Source: Mobula hypostoma
Taxonomy: Eukaryota
Assembly: GCF_963921235.1 (NCBI RefSeq)
Contig: NC_086108.1
Span: 43,712,001 to 43,776,000 of the forward strand
DNA length: 64,000 nt
Direction: 5' to 3'
Positions within the stretch are counted from its first letter, which is position 1. Each line of letters starts with the position of its first letter. The notes beneath the pieces are model-generated. The model was not told the origin of the DNA and did no database searches. It saw nothing but the letters and a program-made list of their open reading frames with translations. The position numbers were made by a program, and so were the translations under genes. Positions 1 through 12,585 of this stretch are shown here, piece after piece.

Positions 1-880
1 CATGTTCACTCTGTGAAAGACTGATCTTGTGTCTGTGATGGTGACTGTCGATTCAGGTACGCTGAAGACTGTCAGGGTGGGTGGTGACATACTCATTCAG
101 TTCTGTTCAAATCATGCATAGCATGTGGTAAGCTTATCAGAAAGGGATGAGTGATTCTGTCTGACTTTGCTTTGTAACCTTGTTATAGTTTGTAATGGTA
201 TGGTTAGACTGAGACTTGATTTTGCATTGGTATTGTCTCTTGGCATCTTTGCTAGCTTTATGGGGGTCAGACCTTGATTTCTTATGAAGGTTAGAGTCAC
301 CTGATTTGAATACTGTGGACCTAGACTTCAGAAGTCAAGTCTTGATCTACAGGTTCATCCATGGTTTCCAGTTTGGAAGCACCCAGATTGTCCAAATTGG
401 TACACAGTTGTCAAAATACTTGTCGATGATAGTAGTGACATGCTCATTTAGGCTGGTAGCTGAGTCTTTGAACACGGGCCAGTTTATTGGCACAAAGTAT
501 TCATTTAGAATCTGATCTGTTTCCTCAGGCTAGCACTGTGTGACTTTATATTCTGAATTCTCCCATTTCAGCAGAGTGTAGGAACACAGTCTGGTGGTCT
601 GCTTCACTAATGTGGGGATGAGGGATGGTTCAGTAAGCATCTTTCATGGTTGTATATGATTGGTTCAGGGTATTTGGGCCCTTGAATATTCCAAGTTGGG
701 TGAGCAAGAGCTTGCCAGAACCTTCATGTCTGTGTATCATGAGGAGTTGATTAAGAAGTCCTCTCCACCTCCTTTTTTGCCCAAGGATACAGTCTATCTG
801 GGGAATTGAGAAGCCCTCGGGTTGAATGATAGTATCAAATGAAGTGTGTGTAAGGCACATCTCAGTGAGTCAGCACACAA
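1..880 (-). mobile_element. Decayed non-LTR retrotransposon (Rex1/Babar- or L2-like) APE endonuclease region
   Basis: Minus ORF 630-860 begins CLTHT..TIIQPEGFSI..D, resembling the LCFTETWL..IQPEGFSIHRMDR segment of fish Rex1/L2-type endonucleases; frames are broken and boundaries approximate. Confidence 0.4.
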
Positions 881-2048
881 CAGATCCTCGTTTAATTATT
901 GAATGGCAGCAAATATAAATCTTGACACCCATGCCTAGTTTAAATAAAGTAAAGCAAAAACAAATCTCTTGAAAGCTTTGTAAAATGAATTTTGATAAAC
1001 CCGGTACTTCTTGAAAATTAAAAATATGCAATTCTGTGACTCTTCATGACCTCTAAGAACTTTAAGTATTTTACTTCCAAAAATACTTTTGATATATAAT
1101 GTTGTAATTGTTGAAGGCAATTTGCATTCAACAAGGGCTCTCAAAGAACATAAGAGGCATTAAGGTTCTTTGATAATTAAAGAAAAATATTAGCATTGTT
1201 CTTTTAAATACTGTCTTTAGCTGTTTATATCCTCTTAAAAGAGGTTGTGGTATTGTTTTAATGTCCAAGTTTGAGGTGATTCTTTAGTATTAGACTGGGT
1301 TGGCTTGAGCCTAAAATCATCTGAGTAAAAATATGAAAAGCTGAGTAGAAGTGATAACCAAAATCAACGAAAACCTTTCTGCTTTAAAAGGAGTGATTTT
1401 CAAGGCCTTTGGACAACTAAAATATCTTGTATCAGTAAGGAACTTTTAAACCGTAGTTGCTGTTGCAACCCGATTAGCCCTTGTTGACTGCTTCCACCTG
1501 AACTCTTTTGGATTTGACATTCATTACTTGAGAATTCTGTTCTCATTCATTTAATATTAATATTGTGTGATAAACAAACCATCTGATAATCAAATTACCA
1601 GTTAAGATGGTCCCTCACAAAGCCTGTGGGAGCTTATTCCTTTCCTGTTATTTCACTTGTCCACAAAATGCTTGGTGGCTATGAGAAGTTAGGAGAATTA
1701 CCGTTGATTCCTAGTTATGGAGGATAATGGAGGGGAATGCCTCCATGAATAAGACAAAATCACTACTTATTTTTAACTAATAGACATATATATACTTAAA
1801 TATGTATATTAAGTTTTTTCACTATTTAGTTAACATGTATTTGATTGTGCTGCTGCTGTAAAGTTAACAAATCTCACAACATATGCCAGTGATATTAAAT
1901 CTTATACTGAAATAGTTTCGAATTAAATGATACAGCTGTTTCTTAACATGGGTAGCTGTGGAAGGAAGAGGATGTTATAGAATTGGCAACATACATCAAA
2001 GTTGCTGGTGAACGCAGCAGGCCAGGCAGCATCTATAGGAAGAAGCGC

Positions 2049-2084
2049 AGTCGACGTTTCAGGCCGAGACCCTTCGTCAGGACT
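2049..2084 (-). ncRNA. Minimal type I hammerhead ribozyme motif, antisense arm of the PLE
   Basis: Exact reverse complement of 3377-3412: AGTC-CTGACGA-AGGGTCTCGGCCT-GAAA-CG-TC-GACT. Confidence 0.7.
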
Positions 2085-2377
2085 AACTGAAGGAAGAGTG
2101 AGTAAGGGATTTGAAAGCTGGAGGGGGAGGGGGAGATGCAAAATGATAGGAGAAGACAGGAGGGGGAGGGATGGAGCCGAGAGCTGGACAGGTGATAGGC
2201 AGAAGGGGATACGAGAGGATCATGGGACAGGAGGTCCGGGAAGAAAGACGGGGGGGGGGGGTGACCCAGAGGATGGGCAAGAGGTATATTCAGAGGGACA
2301 GAAGGAGAAAAAGGAGAGTGAGAGAAAGAATGTGTGCATAAAAGAGTAACAGATGGGGTACGAGGGGGAGGTGGGGC

Positions 2378-2704
2378 CTAGCGGAAGTTAGAGAAGTCAA
2401 TGTTCATGCCATCAGGTTGGAGGCTACCCAGACGGAATATAAGGTGTTGTTCCTCCAACCTGAGTGTGGCTTCATCTTTACAGTAGAGGAGGCCGTGGAT
2501 AGACATGTCAGAATGGGAATGGGATGTGGAATTAAAATGTGTGGCCACTGGGAGATCCTGCTTTCTCTGGCGGACAGAGCGTAGATGTTCAGCAAAGCGG
2601 TCTCCCAGTCTGCGTCGGGTCTCACCAATATATAAAAGGCCACATCGGGAGCACCGGACGCAGTATATCACCCCAGTCGACTCACAGGTGAAGTGATGCC
2701 TCAC
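2378..2704 (-). pseudogene. GIY-YIG endonuclease domain of a 5'-truncated Penelope-like ORF
   Basis: FTCESTGVIYCVRCSRCGLLYIGETRRRLGDRFAEH...HFN...LEEQHLIFRLGSLQPDGMN shows the VIY/YIG motifs with intervening CxxC typical of PLE endonucleases; no RT domain present. Confidence 0.85.
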
Positions 2705-3376
2705 CTGGAAGGACTGTTTGGGGCCCTGAATGGTGGTAAGGGAGGAAGTGTAAGGGCATGTGTAGCACTTGTTCCGCTTACACGGATAAGTGCCAGGAGG
2801 GAGATCAGTGGGGAGGGATGGGGGGGACGAATGGACAAGGGAGTTGTGTAGGGAGCGATCCCTGAGGAATGCAGAGAGAGGCGGGGAGGGAAAGATATGC
2901 TTAGTGGTGGGATCCCATTGGAGGTGGCGGAAGTTACGGAACTTCTCTTATTCTGACATGTCTATCCACGGCCTCCTCTACTGTAAAGATGAAGCCACAC
3001 TCAGGTTGGAGGAACAACACCTTATATTCCGTCTGGGTAGCCTCCAACCTGATGGCATGAACATTGACTTCTCTAACTTCCGCTAGGCCCCACCTCCCCC
3101 TCGTACCCCATCTGTTACTCTTTTATGCACACATTCTTTCTCTCACTCTCCTTTTTCTCCTTCTGTCCCTCTGAATATACCTCTTGCCCATCCTCTGGGT
3201 CACCCCCCCCCGTCTTTCTTCCCGGACCTCCTGTCCCATGATCCTCTCGTATCCCCTTCTGCCTATCACCTGTCCAGCTCTCGGCTCCATCCCTCCCCCT
3301 CCTGTCTTCTCCTATCATTTTGCATCTCCCCCTCCCCCTCCAGCTTTCAAATCCCTTACTCACTCTTCCTTCAGTT

Positions 3377-3412
3377 AGTCCTGACGAAGGGTCTCGGCCT
3401 GAAACGTCGACT
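3377..3412 (+). ncRNA. Minimal type I hammerhead ribozyme motif in PLE 3' repeat (sense to slc30a7)
   Basis: Stem I AGTC/GACT, core CUGACGA (3381-3387), stem II AGG/CCT, GAAA (3401-3404), palindromic ACGU in place of stem III, GUC cleavage triplet ending at 3408. Confidence 0.75.
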
Positions 3413-5519
3413 GCGCTTCTTCCTATAGATGCTGCCTGGCCTGCTGCGTTCACCAGCAACTTTGATGTATGTTGCTTGAATTTCCAGCATCTGCAGAATT
3501 CCTGTTGTTTGCGTTATAGAATTGGCCTTTCTTTTACTTTTGCTCAATTCTCTGGTCTTTTCATTTACAAATTATATGATATTATTAGAAAGCAACTTAA
3601 TTTCCTGCTCCTCAGAATTTTCTGCACCACCATTCTCACCTCTATTTAGTTGCTGCACAATTTCTGTTAAGCTTGTTGCTGAAATTTGGTTCCATTCTAC
3701 CACTAAGACCATTTCAAAAATATTTTGATTCAAGGCTTGATCTGAGTTATTAGTTTTGCTGTACTAAATACTCTGGACATTTAAGATTAATGTTGTTCTT
3801 CAAAAAAAAATTTCAAATAATTCTGCTCACTTAAATGCTTTTCTTAAAAGCAGTTCGCATTAATAATCAATTTACATGCATGTAATTGCTGGATTTATTT
3901 GTGTGAGTCAAATTGGATGATACATTTGATAATGTTTACTAATCTCTGGATGTGAAAGATTATTGTGGAGGAGGTGCATTATCCATCAACAGAAAAATTT
4001 GCTTCTTAAAGTTCTCTTGTGGGCTTTATTCTTGGGCAACTGTTCACTTTCTGCATCAGGAAAATGGTTATAGTTGTTGGTGGTCAGTCATCTTGACCCA
4101 TTGCCTGATTGGAGCAGCTCCTTGTGGCAGCATTCTTTCACTTCTTTATCACAGATTTTCCTTCCATCAGAATTGTGTATGCTCACTGATGATTGCACAG
4201 TCTGTGATATACAGCAAGTATTAGACAACACTTTGGCATGGATCGTAAGTGGAAGTAACATTTTTTTGCCACAGTAGTACCAGACAATTACTACCACCCT
4301 TCTGCCTCCCCCATTCCTCCAAGAGAAAGTCTTACACTTTGACAATCAATGGCATTACAGTGTATGATCTTTGATCACTATTGATCAGAAACAGCATTGG
4401 GTCAGCCACATAAGCATTATGTATACAAGAGCAGATCAGTTAGGGCATCTTGCAGAGATTGACTTGGTCCTCTCACATTAAAGATTTCTGAATGGGCAAT
4501 GAACCAGGAACACTACCTGAGTAGTTTTCCCTCTTTTTGCACTACTTAATTAATGTTTTTAGAAATATATATACTTAATTGTAATTTATTGTTTTTATTA
4601 TGTATTACAATGTACTGCTGCTGCAAAACAACACAACATGCCAGTGATATTAAACCTGATTCTGATAAAGCCTGCCTTCTGTGTACAAGTTTTAAAAAGT
4701 CAGTAGTCATTTGAAATGCACACCACTTGGCTGGATGAGTGCAGTTCCAACAACTCTTAACAAGCTAGTCACCATTTTAGATGCAGCAACCTGCTTGGTT
4801 AGTATTCATCATCCTTTTCAATTATTCCTTCCACCACAGTGGCTTCAGTGCAGACTGTCTACTAAGTGCACCTCAGTTCTTTGCCTAAATGACTCACAGC
4901 ACCTCCCAAGCTCAAACCCACTTTTGATTTATTGCCATTATACGTATCCATGTTATTACTCCATCTCCCCTTTTTTTTCCCTCTACGTTTTCTAAACGTT
5001 GTGTCTTGCAACCAGTTTCAGTAACCATTCCTTACTGGTTATTGCTAAGTCTGGTTCCTCCCCATGCATGATTGCCAGTAACTCTTATTTCACTATTAAC
5101 ACTATTTATACATGAACAGTTAAACTAATTTTTAATTGCACCTCCTCTATATAAGTCAGTCATTTTCTGACAATCTCTTCCATAACCCACCTGTTATGGT
5201 ACCATCATTATTCTACTTTTATGCTTCAACTATGATTGCCTCCTACTTGTTTATGCTTAGGCTGTTCAGATCTTGAAAACGTTAAACTTTTTTGTGCCTC
5301 TGTTTACCTTTACTGTAGGATGTTCATTCCATCCTATCAGTACAGATGTTTCCTCAGATTCCTGTTTGCTACACCTGCTCTTCAGCTGCATGTCCATTGT
5401 CCACCAACCCCTATACCAGTTTGCATGTCATTTGAGAAATTAAGTGTATTCTGTAATTACTGAATTCTTCCTCAATGCCAGATTTTTATTTTACCTCGCT
5501 TCCAATACCCAGTAACTCA

Positions 5520-5700
5520 GAGTGGGTTGTCCTTCGGTGCTGCAGTTTCCTCCCACAGTCCAAAGACTTACCAGGTAGGTTAACTGGTCATTGTAAATTG
5601 TCCTGTGATGGGGTTATGGTTAAATCAGGGTTATAGGGTGTTGTTGGATGGTGTGACTTGAAGGTCTGGTAAGGTCCATTCTGCGCTCTACCTTTTAAAT
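5520..5700 (+). mobile_element. V-SINE/HE1-like SINE fragment
   Basis: GGTGCTGCAGTTTCCTCCCACAGTCCAAAGAC...GGTCATTGTAAATTG resembles the V-SINE central domain; related copies near 5870-6060(-), 21795, 29670, 36170, 36520 and 53640. Confidence 0.5.
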
Positions 5701-6339
5701 AATTTTAAAAAAATTATATTTATCCTGCAGTGACATTGAGTCGCGATTAGATTGTACACTTGAACAGGGCCAGTTTGTGGGACATCCCTCTTAGTCTTTC
5801 ATAAATCCCTGGTATATGGTTCTTCAACAGTGATATTTGCCAAATTCAGTCATTCATTTGTTTATTTATTAGAGATATATCCTTCTGTCCCAAAGAGCTG
5901 CACCATCCAGCAACCCTCCTATTTAACAGGACAGCCTAATCACAGGACAATTTAAAATGACTCATTAACTGCTATGTCCTTGGACTGTTGGAGGAAACTG
6001 GAGTACCCAGAGAAAAGTCACACACTCACAAGGAAAATCCTACAAACAGATCTCCAGACTCTGTGCTTTCCACTGCAGTGTGACTGTTCTGAGCATCTGT
6101 GCAATAATTCCTCCTTGTCCCTTGTTGCAGTTTATTATCTTTCACTTCAGCTCCCTACTTCTTCAGTCAGAGAGATGTACAATGCAAATTTGGCATGGTA
6201 TGTTATTGTTTTCCAGACCTACTTTAAACCATTGTCTGATTTTAAACAAAACAAATGTTTTACTGTTGATGAAGCAGCACATTAGGGATTTGATTGGTTT
6301 GTGAGAAAGAATAAACTACAGAATAACAAGGATATCAGG

Positions 6340-6600
6340 AGAGGCAGAATGGAACAGTTATGAGGATGAATCTCTTTGGCCGGAGGCTAGTGAATGTGTG
6401 GAATTTATTGCCACAGACAGCTCTGGAGACCAATTCATTGAGTATATTTAAAGTGGAGGTTGATAGGTTCTTGATTAGTAAAGGTGTCAAAGGTTACGAG
6501 GAGAATGGGGTTGAGATTGTAAGTTGGCCTTGATGGAATGGCAAAGCTGTCTTAATGGGCCAAGTGGTCTAATTCTGCTGGTACGTCTTATACTCTATGG
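6340..6600 (+). mobile_element. CR1 LINE 3' end fragment
   Basis: GTGGAATTTATTGCCACAG...GAGGTTGATAGGTTCTTGATTAGTAAAGGTGTCAAAGGTTACG is the reverse complement of the CR1 3' region at 40260-40460. Confidence 0.6.
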
Positions 6601-6758
6601 GATTGTTCAATTTGGAGCCAGTATGGACTCAAAGTGCTTAATGCTGTCTCTTGGGTCATGTGTGTCAGCATTAAAAACATCAATAGTGCATTCAGTAGCA
6701 CCTCTCATGCAATTCAGACTCCAAACTTGGCTGATGGAGAGAAATTACAATTCTGTAA

Positions 6759-6956
<198 letters not shown>

Positions 6957-7329
6957 TAAGAACAGGAGTGCTTTGATATTTAATTATGTAGCTGTACACA
7001 AATATTAACACTTATGGGTTTTTTTAAAAGCTTCATTTGAAATAATTAGTTTTTAGGGCATTTCTTGCACTAGTGGAATAAACCATCTAAACAAGAGTTT
7101 GGTCTGATTCCCTTGGAAGGGTTTAAGTTCTTCCCCCTTAATCACCACAAGCTCAAGGGTAAACTTTTTTCTTTATTTCTGTTGTAGGTATCACAGCTCC
7201 ATTTCAACATCAACTGTCGGAACTCTTTCATAACTCAGTGCTAGAACATTGCTCATTTAATCTTGATAAGTTCCCTCCAGCCTAAAATGATGTAATACTG
7301 ATTTCAATTTTCATAGAACTTAAGAGAAC

Positions 7330-8200
7330 TCAGTTATTATTGTGTTTATGGCTGAGGGTAATATATTTGCATAGTTAGAGAACTGGTTAATAGACAGAAA
7401 ATAGAACAAATGGGTTATTTTCTGATTGGCAAACTAAAGATAGTGTTTACCACAAGGAACACATCTCGTATTGCTTACATCTATATTGATGACCAAGGAG
7501 TTGGTGTGAATTATCTAAAATCTGATTATGTAGCTGGGTGAGTAATAAAATGTGTGGACAGTGTTAAAAAGGCCTCATAAGGGTTTTAGATTGTTAACTT
7601 AGTGGCAAAGTAAAAAGCATATGGGATATGGTGTGAAAACTGTAAAGATACCCAATTAGGCAGGGAAATAAATAGAAAATCAGAACTCCAGGAAGACCCG
7701 GGTATCTTTTTATGTGAATTTCAGAAAGATGATGTGGGGGGATGGGGATGGTGTACAGCAACCAATTATTAGAGGAGCCGACAGTCTCCTTCCTTCAGTA
7801 ATGGTGATCTGGAATTTTAGAGCAAGAGAACTACAGCCAAATTTGTGTTTATTTTGGAAAAAAAAATGTAATGGCTATTATATCTTGTCCAAGAGGGTTA
7901 CACTTAAAGTCACTAGACTCTATCTAAATTCCTCAAGTTTGAAGGATGATCTGGTCTGTTAGTTAGAAGCTTGTTAGATGTTTCTCCTGCATGACTTTTC
8001 TAAGGTTATCCCTAGTTCCTGAGTAAAAGCGGTGTCATTTAGAACTGAGTTATGGAGAAATTATTTTAAGTAAGGTACTGGAATTCTCTGCCTCTTAGGG
8101 CTTGGGATGATGAACCATTGAGTATATTCCACATCAATGTTAGTTATCTGTGTATACTAAGAGGATCTAAGGGTATTGCTGGAAAGATGTATTTAAAGTA
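7330..8200 (+). mobile_element. Highly decayed CR1 LINE RT/3' region
   Basis: Scattered similarity to the CR1 RT 3' half seen at 39500-40250 and 41150-41470; no intact frame. Confidence 0.45.
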
Positions 8201-8272
8201 GATTAACAAAATAACAATTTTTTTAGCAAGTTCAAAGGGACAGGTTACCCTCTGCTGTAATATTCTTAAGTT

Positions 8273-11200
8273 ACATAGAACATAGAACAGTACAGCATAG
8301 TACAGGCCCTTCGGCCCACAGTGTTGTGCTGACCCTTAAACCCTGCCTCCCATATAACCCCCCACCTTAAATTCCTCTATATACCTGTCTAGTAGTCTCT
8401 TAAATTTCACTAGTGTATCTGCCTCCACCACTGACTCAGGCAGTGCATTCCATGCACCAACCACTCTCTGAGTAAAAAATCCTTCCTCTAATATCCCCCT
8501 TGAACTTCCCACCCCTTACCTTAAAGCCATGGCCTCTTGTATTGAGCAGTGGTGCCCTGGGGAAGAGGCGCTGGCTATCCACTCTATCCATTCCTCTTAT
8601 ATCTTGTATACCTCTATCATGTCTTCTCTCATCTGCCTTCTCTCCAAAGAGTAAAGCCCTAACTCCCTTAATCTCTGATCATAATGCATACTCTTTAAAC
8701 CATGCAGCATCCTGGTAAATCTCCTCTGTACCCTTTCCAGTGCTTCCAGATCCTTCCTATAGTGAGGCGACCAGAACTGGACACAGTGCTCCAAGTATGG
8801 CCTAACCTAACCAGAGTTTTATAGAGCTGCATCATTACTCCGCGACTCTAGCCCTCGACTTATGAAAGCTAACACTCCATAAGCTTTCTTAACTACCCTA
8901 TCTACCTATGAGGCAACTTTCAGGGATCTGTGGACACGTACCCCCAGATCTGTTTGCTCCTCCACACTTCCAGGTATCCTGCCATTTACTTTGTACTCTG
9001 CCTTGGAGTTTGTCCTTCCAAAGTGTACCACCTCACACTTCTCCAGGTTGAACTCCATCTGCCACTTCTCAGCCCACTTCTGCATCCTATCAATGTTTCT
9101 CTGCAATCTTTGACAATCCTCTACACTATCTACAACACCACCAACCTTTGTGTTGTCTGCAAATTTGCCAACCCACCCTTCTACCCCCACATCCAGGTCA
9201 TTAATAAAAATCATGAAAAGTAGAGGTCCCAGAACCAATCCTTGTGGGACACCACTAATCACAGTCCTCCAATCCAAATGTACTCACTCCACCACGACCC
9301 TCTGCTTCCTGCAGGCAAGCCAGTTCTGAATCCACCTGGCCAAGCTTCACTGGATCCCATCCCTTCTGACTTTCTGAATAAGCCTACCGTGTGGAACCTT
9401 GTCAAATGCCTTACTAAAATCCATGTAGCTCACATCCACTGCACTACCCTCATCTATATGCCTGGTCACCACCTCAAAGAACTCTATCAGGCTTGTTAGA
9501 CACGATCTGCCCTTCACAAAGCCATGCTGACTGTCCCTGATCAGACCATGATTCTCTAAGTGCCCATAGATCCTATCTCTAAGAATCTTTTCCAACAGCT
9601 TTCCCACCACCGATGTAAGGCTTACTGGTCTATAATTACCTGGACTATCCCTACTACCTTTTTTGAACAAGGGGACAACATTCGCCTCCCTCCAGTCTCC
9701 GGTACCATTCCTGTGGACAACGAGGACATAAAGATCCTAGCCAGAGGCTCAGCAATCTCTTCCCTCGCCTCGTGGAGCAGCCTGGGGAATATCCCGTCAG
9801 GCCCCGGGGACTTATCCGTCCTAATATATTTTAACAACTCCAACACCACCTCTCCCTTAATATCAACATGCTCCAGAACATCAACCTCACTCATATTGTC
9901 CTCACTGTCATCAAGTTCCCTCTCATTGGTGAATACCGAAGAGAAGTATTCATTGAGGACCTCGCTCACTTCCACAGCCTCCAGGCACATCTTCCCACCT
10001 TTATCTCTAATTGGTCCTATCTTCACTCCTGTCATCCTTTTGATCTTCACATAATTAAAGAATGCCTTGGGGTTTTCCTTTACCCTACTTGCCAAGGCCT
10101 TCTCATGCCCCCTTCTTGCTCTCCTCAGCCCCTTCTTAAGCTCCTTTCTTGCTACCCTATATTCCTCAATAGACCCATCTGATCCTTGCTTCCTAAACCT
10201 CATGTATGCTGCCTTCTTCCACCTGACTAGATTCTCCACCTCACTTGTCACCCTTGGTTCCTTCACCCTACCATTCTTTATCTTCCTCACCGGGACAAAT
10301 TTATCCCTAACATCCTGCAAGAGATCTCTAAGCATCGACCGCATGTCCATAGTACATTTCCCTGCAAAAATATCATCCCAATTCACACCCGCAAGTTCTT
10401 GCCTTATAGCCTCATGATTTGCCCTTCCCCAATTAAAAAATTTCCTGTCCTCTCTGATTCTATCCTTTTCCATGATAATGTTAAAGGCCAGGGAGTGGTA
10501 GTCACTGTCCCCCAGATGCTCACCCACTGAGAGATCTGTGACCTGACCCGGTTTGTTACCTAATACTAGATCTAGTATGGCATTCCACCTAGTCAGCCCG
10601 TCAACATACTGTGACAGGAATCCGTCCTGGACATGCTTAACAAACTCTGCCCCGTCTAAACCATTGGAACGAATCAGGTGCCAATCAATATTAGGGAAGT
10701 TAAAGTCACCCATGATAACAACCCTGTTATTTTTGCACTGTTCCCTAATCTGCCTCCCAATCTGCTCCTTGGTATCTCTGCTGCTACCAGGGGGCCTATA
10801 GAATACTCCCAATAGAGTAACAACTGCTCTCTCCCTGTTCCTGACTTCTACCCATACTGACTCAAAAGAGGATCTGGCTACATTACCCACCCTTTCTGTA
10901 GCTGTAATAGTATCCCTGACCAGTAATGCCACCCCCTCCTCCCCTCCCCCCCCTATCCCTTTTAAAGCACTGAAATCCAGGAATACTGAGAATCCATTCC
11001 TGCCCTGGTGCCAGTCAAGTCTCTGTACGGCCACTACATCATAATTCCATGTATGTATCCAAGCTCTCAGTTCATCACTTTTGTTCCTGATGCTTCTTGC
11101 ATTGAACTACACACACGTTAGCCCTTGTACCTTACTACCTTTACACCCTTTATTCTGTTTCTCTTTCCTCAAAGCCTCTTTATATGTTAGATCTGGCTTT

Positions 11201-12000
11201 ACTCCATGCACTATACTTGCAGTTCTCACATGACCTTTATTCTCCTCCACCTCACTATCTGCTCTAACACTCTGGTTCCCCTCCCCCTGCAAATCTAGTT
11301 TAAATTCCCCCCGAAGCAGCACTAGCAAACCTTCCCACAAGGATATTAGTCCCCCTCCTGTTCAGGTGCAACCCATCCCATTGGAACAGGTTCCATCTTC
11401 CCTGGAACAAGGCCCAATTGTCCAGAAACATGAAGCCCTCCCTCCTGCACCAACTCCTTAGCCACCATATTTAGCTGCATTATCTTCCTATTTCTAGCCT
11501 CACTAGCATGTGGCACAGGTAGCAATCCTGAGATTGCAACCCTGGAGGTCCTGTCCTTCAACTTTGCACCTAACTCCCTAAATTCTCTTTGCAGGACCTC
11601 CTCCTTCCTATCCATATCATTGGTCCCTACATGGACAACAACACCTGGCTGCTTGCCCTCCTTCTTGAGAATACTGAGAACTCGATCCGAGATATCGCGG
11701 ACCCTGGCTCCAGGGAGGCAACAGACCATCCGGGATTCTCGATCTCTTCCACAGAACCTCATATCTGTCCCCCTAACTATCGAATCCCCTGTCACTACTG
11801 CTCTCCTCTTTTCCCTCCTTCCCTTCTGAGCTGAGGTTCCAGTCTTGCTGCCAGAGACGCAACCACTGCAACTTGTCCCTGGTAGGTCGTCCCCACCAAC
11901 AGTATCCAAAACGGTATACTTATTATTGATGGGAACAGTCACAGGGGTGCTCTGCTCGTTCTGTCTATTCCCCTTCCCTCTCCTGTCAGTCACCCAGTTA
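8273..12000 (-). mobile_element. CR1 LINE, near full-length (ORF1 esterase-like domain, ORF2 APE+RT), frameshifted
   Basis: ORF 11346-11993 has GDSIVRG, CLPGA and VHVGTND (SGNH-like ORF1); 9622-11034 has YRPP, MGDFNFP, LDLVL; 9347-9670 has YRPVSLTS, QHGF, DFSKAFDKVPH; 8906-9277 has GVPQGLVLGP, FADNTK; short tandem tail (ACATAGA)n at 8273. Confidence 0.93.
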
Positions 12001-12497
12001 ATGGATACTTGTCCAGAATTGCAAATACCTTAACGTTACTGACAAGAGTTCCTTTATGTGAAATCAAGTCAGCTGAATACTGATAGCTTATGGGCATCAT
12101 AAGATGAACCATGAGAGAGACCCTTAAATTCTTTGAATTTTCTTACATCTTAACTTGGGTTTCATAGTAATGCCATTATTTATTTCTTTTGCTGATGTAA
12201 CGTATTCAGATCTTGGATCAAGAAATGCTTAAATTTTGAAGACAAAATGAATTATAAAGAGATTAAAATGCAACCTTACGTCTTTATTGTATTGAACATG
12301 ACAATGCAAATGTCTAGACGACATGGGGCAGGGAAAGTTACCAAATAGGGAATTCCCAGACCAGCATTTGGTTTGTCTTGATTATGCTATTATTTGTACC
12401 AACCTTCTTAACCAACTTTAGAAAAAATGTAACATTTCACACTCCTGGTCAAGAGGTACAAGGTGTTACACTGTGTGTATTTTGTTTCCTTTGGCAG

Positions 12498-12585
12498 ATA
12501 TGTCCGAGCAGAAGTTTTGGCTGGATTTGTGAATGGATTGTTTCTGATCTTCACAGCCTTCTTCATTTTTTCAGAAGGAATAGAG
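12498..12585 (+). CDS. slc30a7: ZnT7 coding exon 4 (88 bp)
   Basis: TTGGCAG|A TAT GTC...ATA GAG|GTTGG; encodes YVRAEVLAGFVNGLFLIFTAFFIFSEGIE. Confidence 0.95.

Larger units (their letters stand above)
1988..3512. mobile_element. Young Penelope-like element (PLE) inserted as a fold-back: inverted arms 1986-2514 and 2950-3475, tail 3476-3512
   Basis: Encodes a GIY-YIG endonuclease C-terminus on both arms; arms look identical apart from a G12 vs C9 homopolymer; flanked by a 14-bp direct repeat GTTATAGAATTGGC (1974-1987, 3513-3526). Confidence 0.9.

Noticed and set aside
3126..3133. MRE-like TGCACAC core inside a zinc transporter gene
   Set aside because: A 7-mer expected by chance in 64 kb; it lies in a recent transposon arm with no clustering.
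2002..3459. Twin 115/114-aa ORFs (MLVNAAGQAASIGR..) on opposite strands, echoed at 14526 and 27287-27575
   Set aside because: Antisense translations of the non-coding PLE 3' repeat; their duplication just reflects the inverted repeat.
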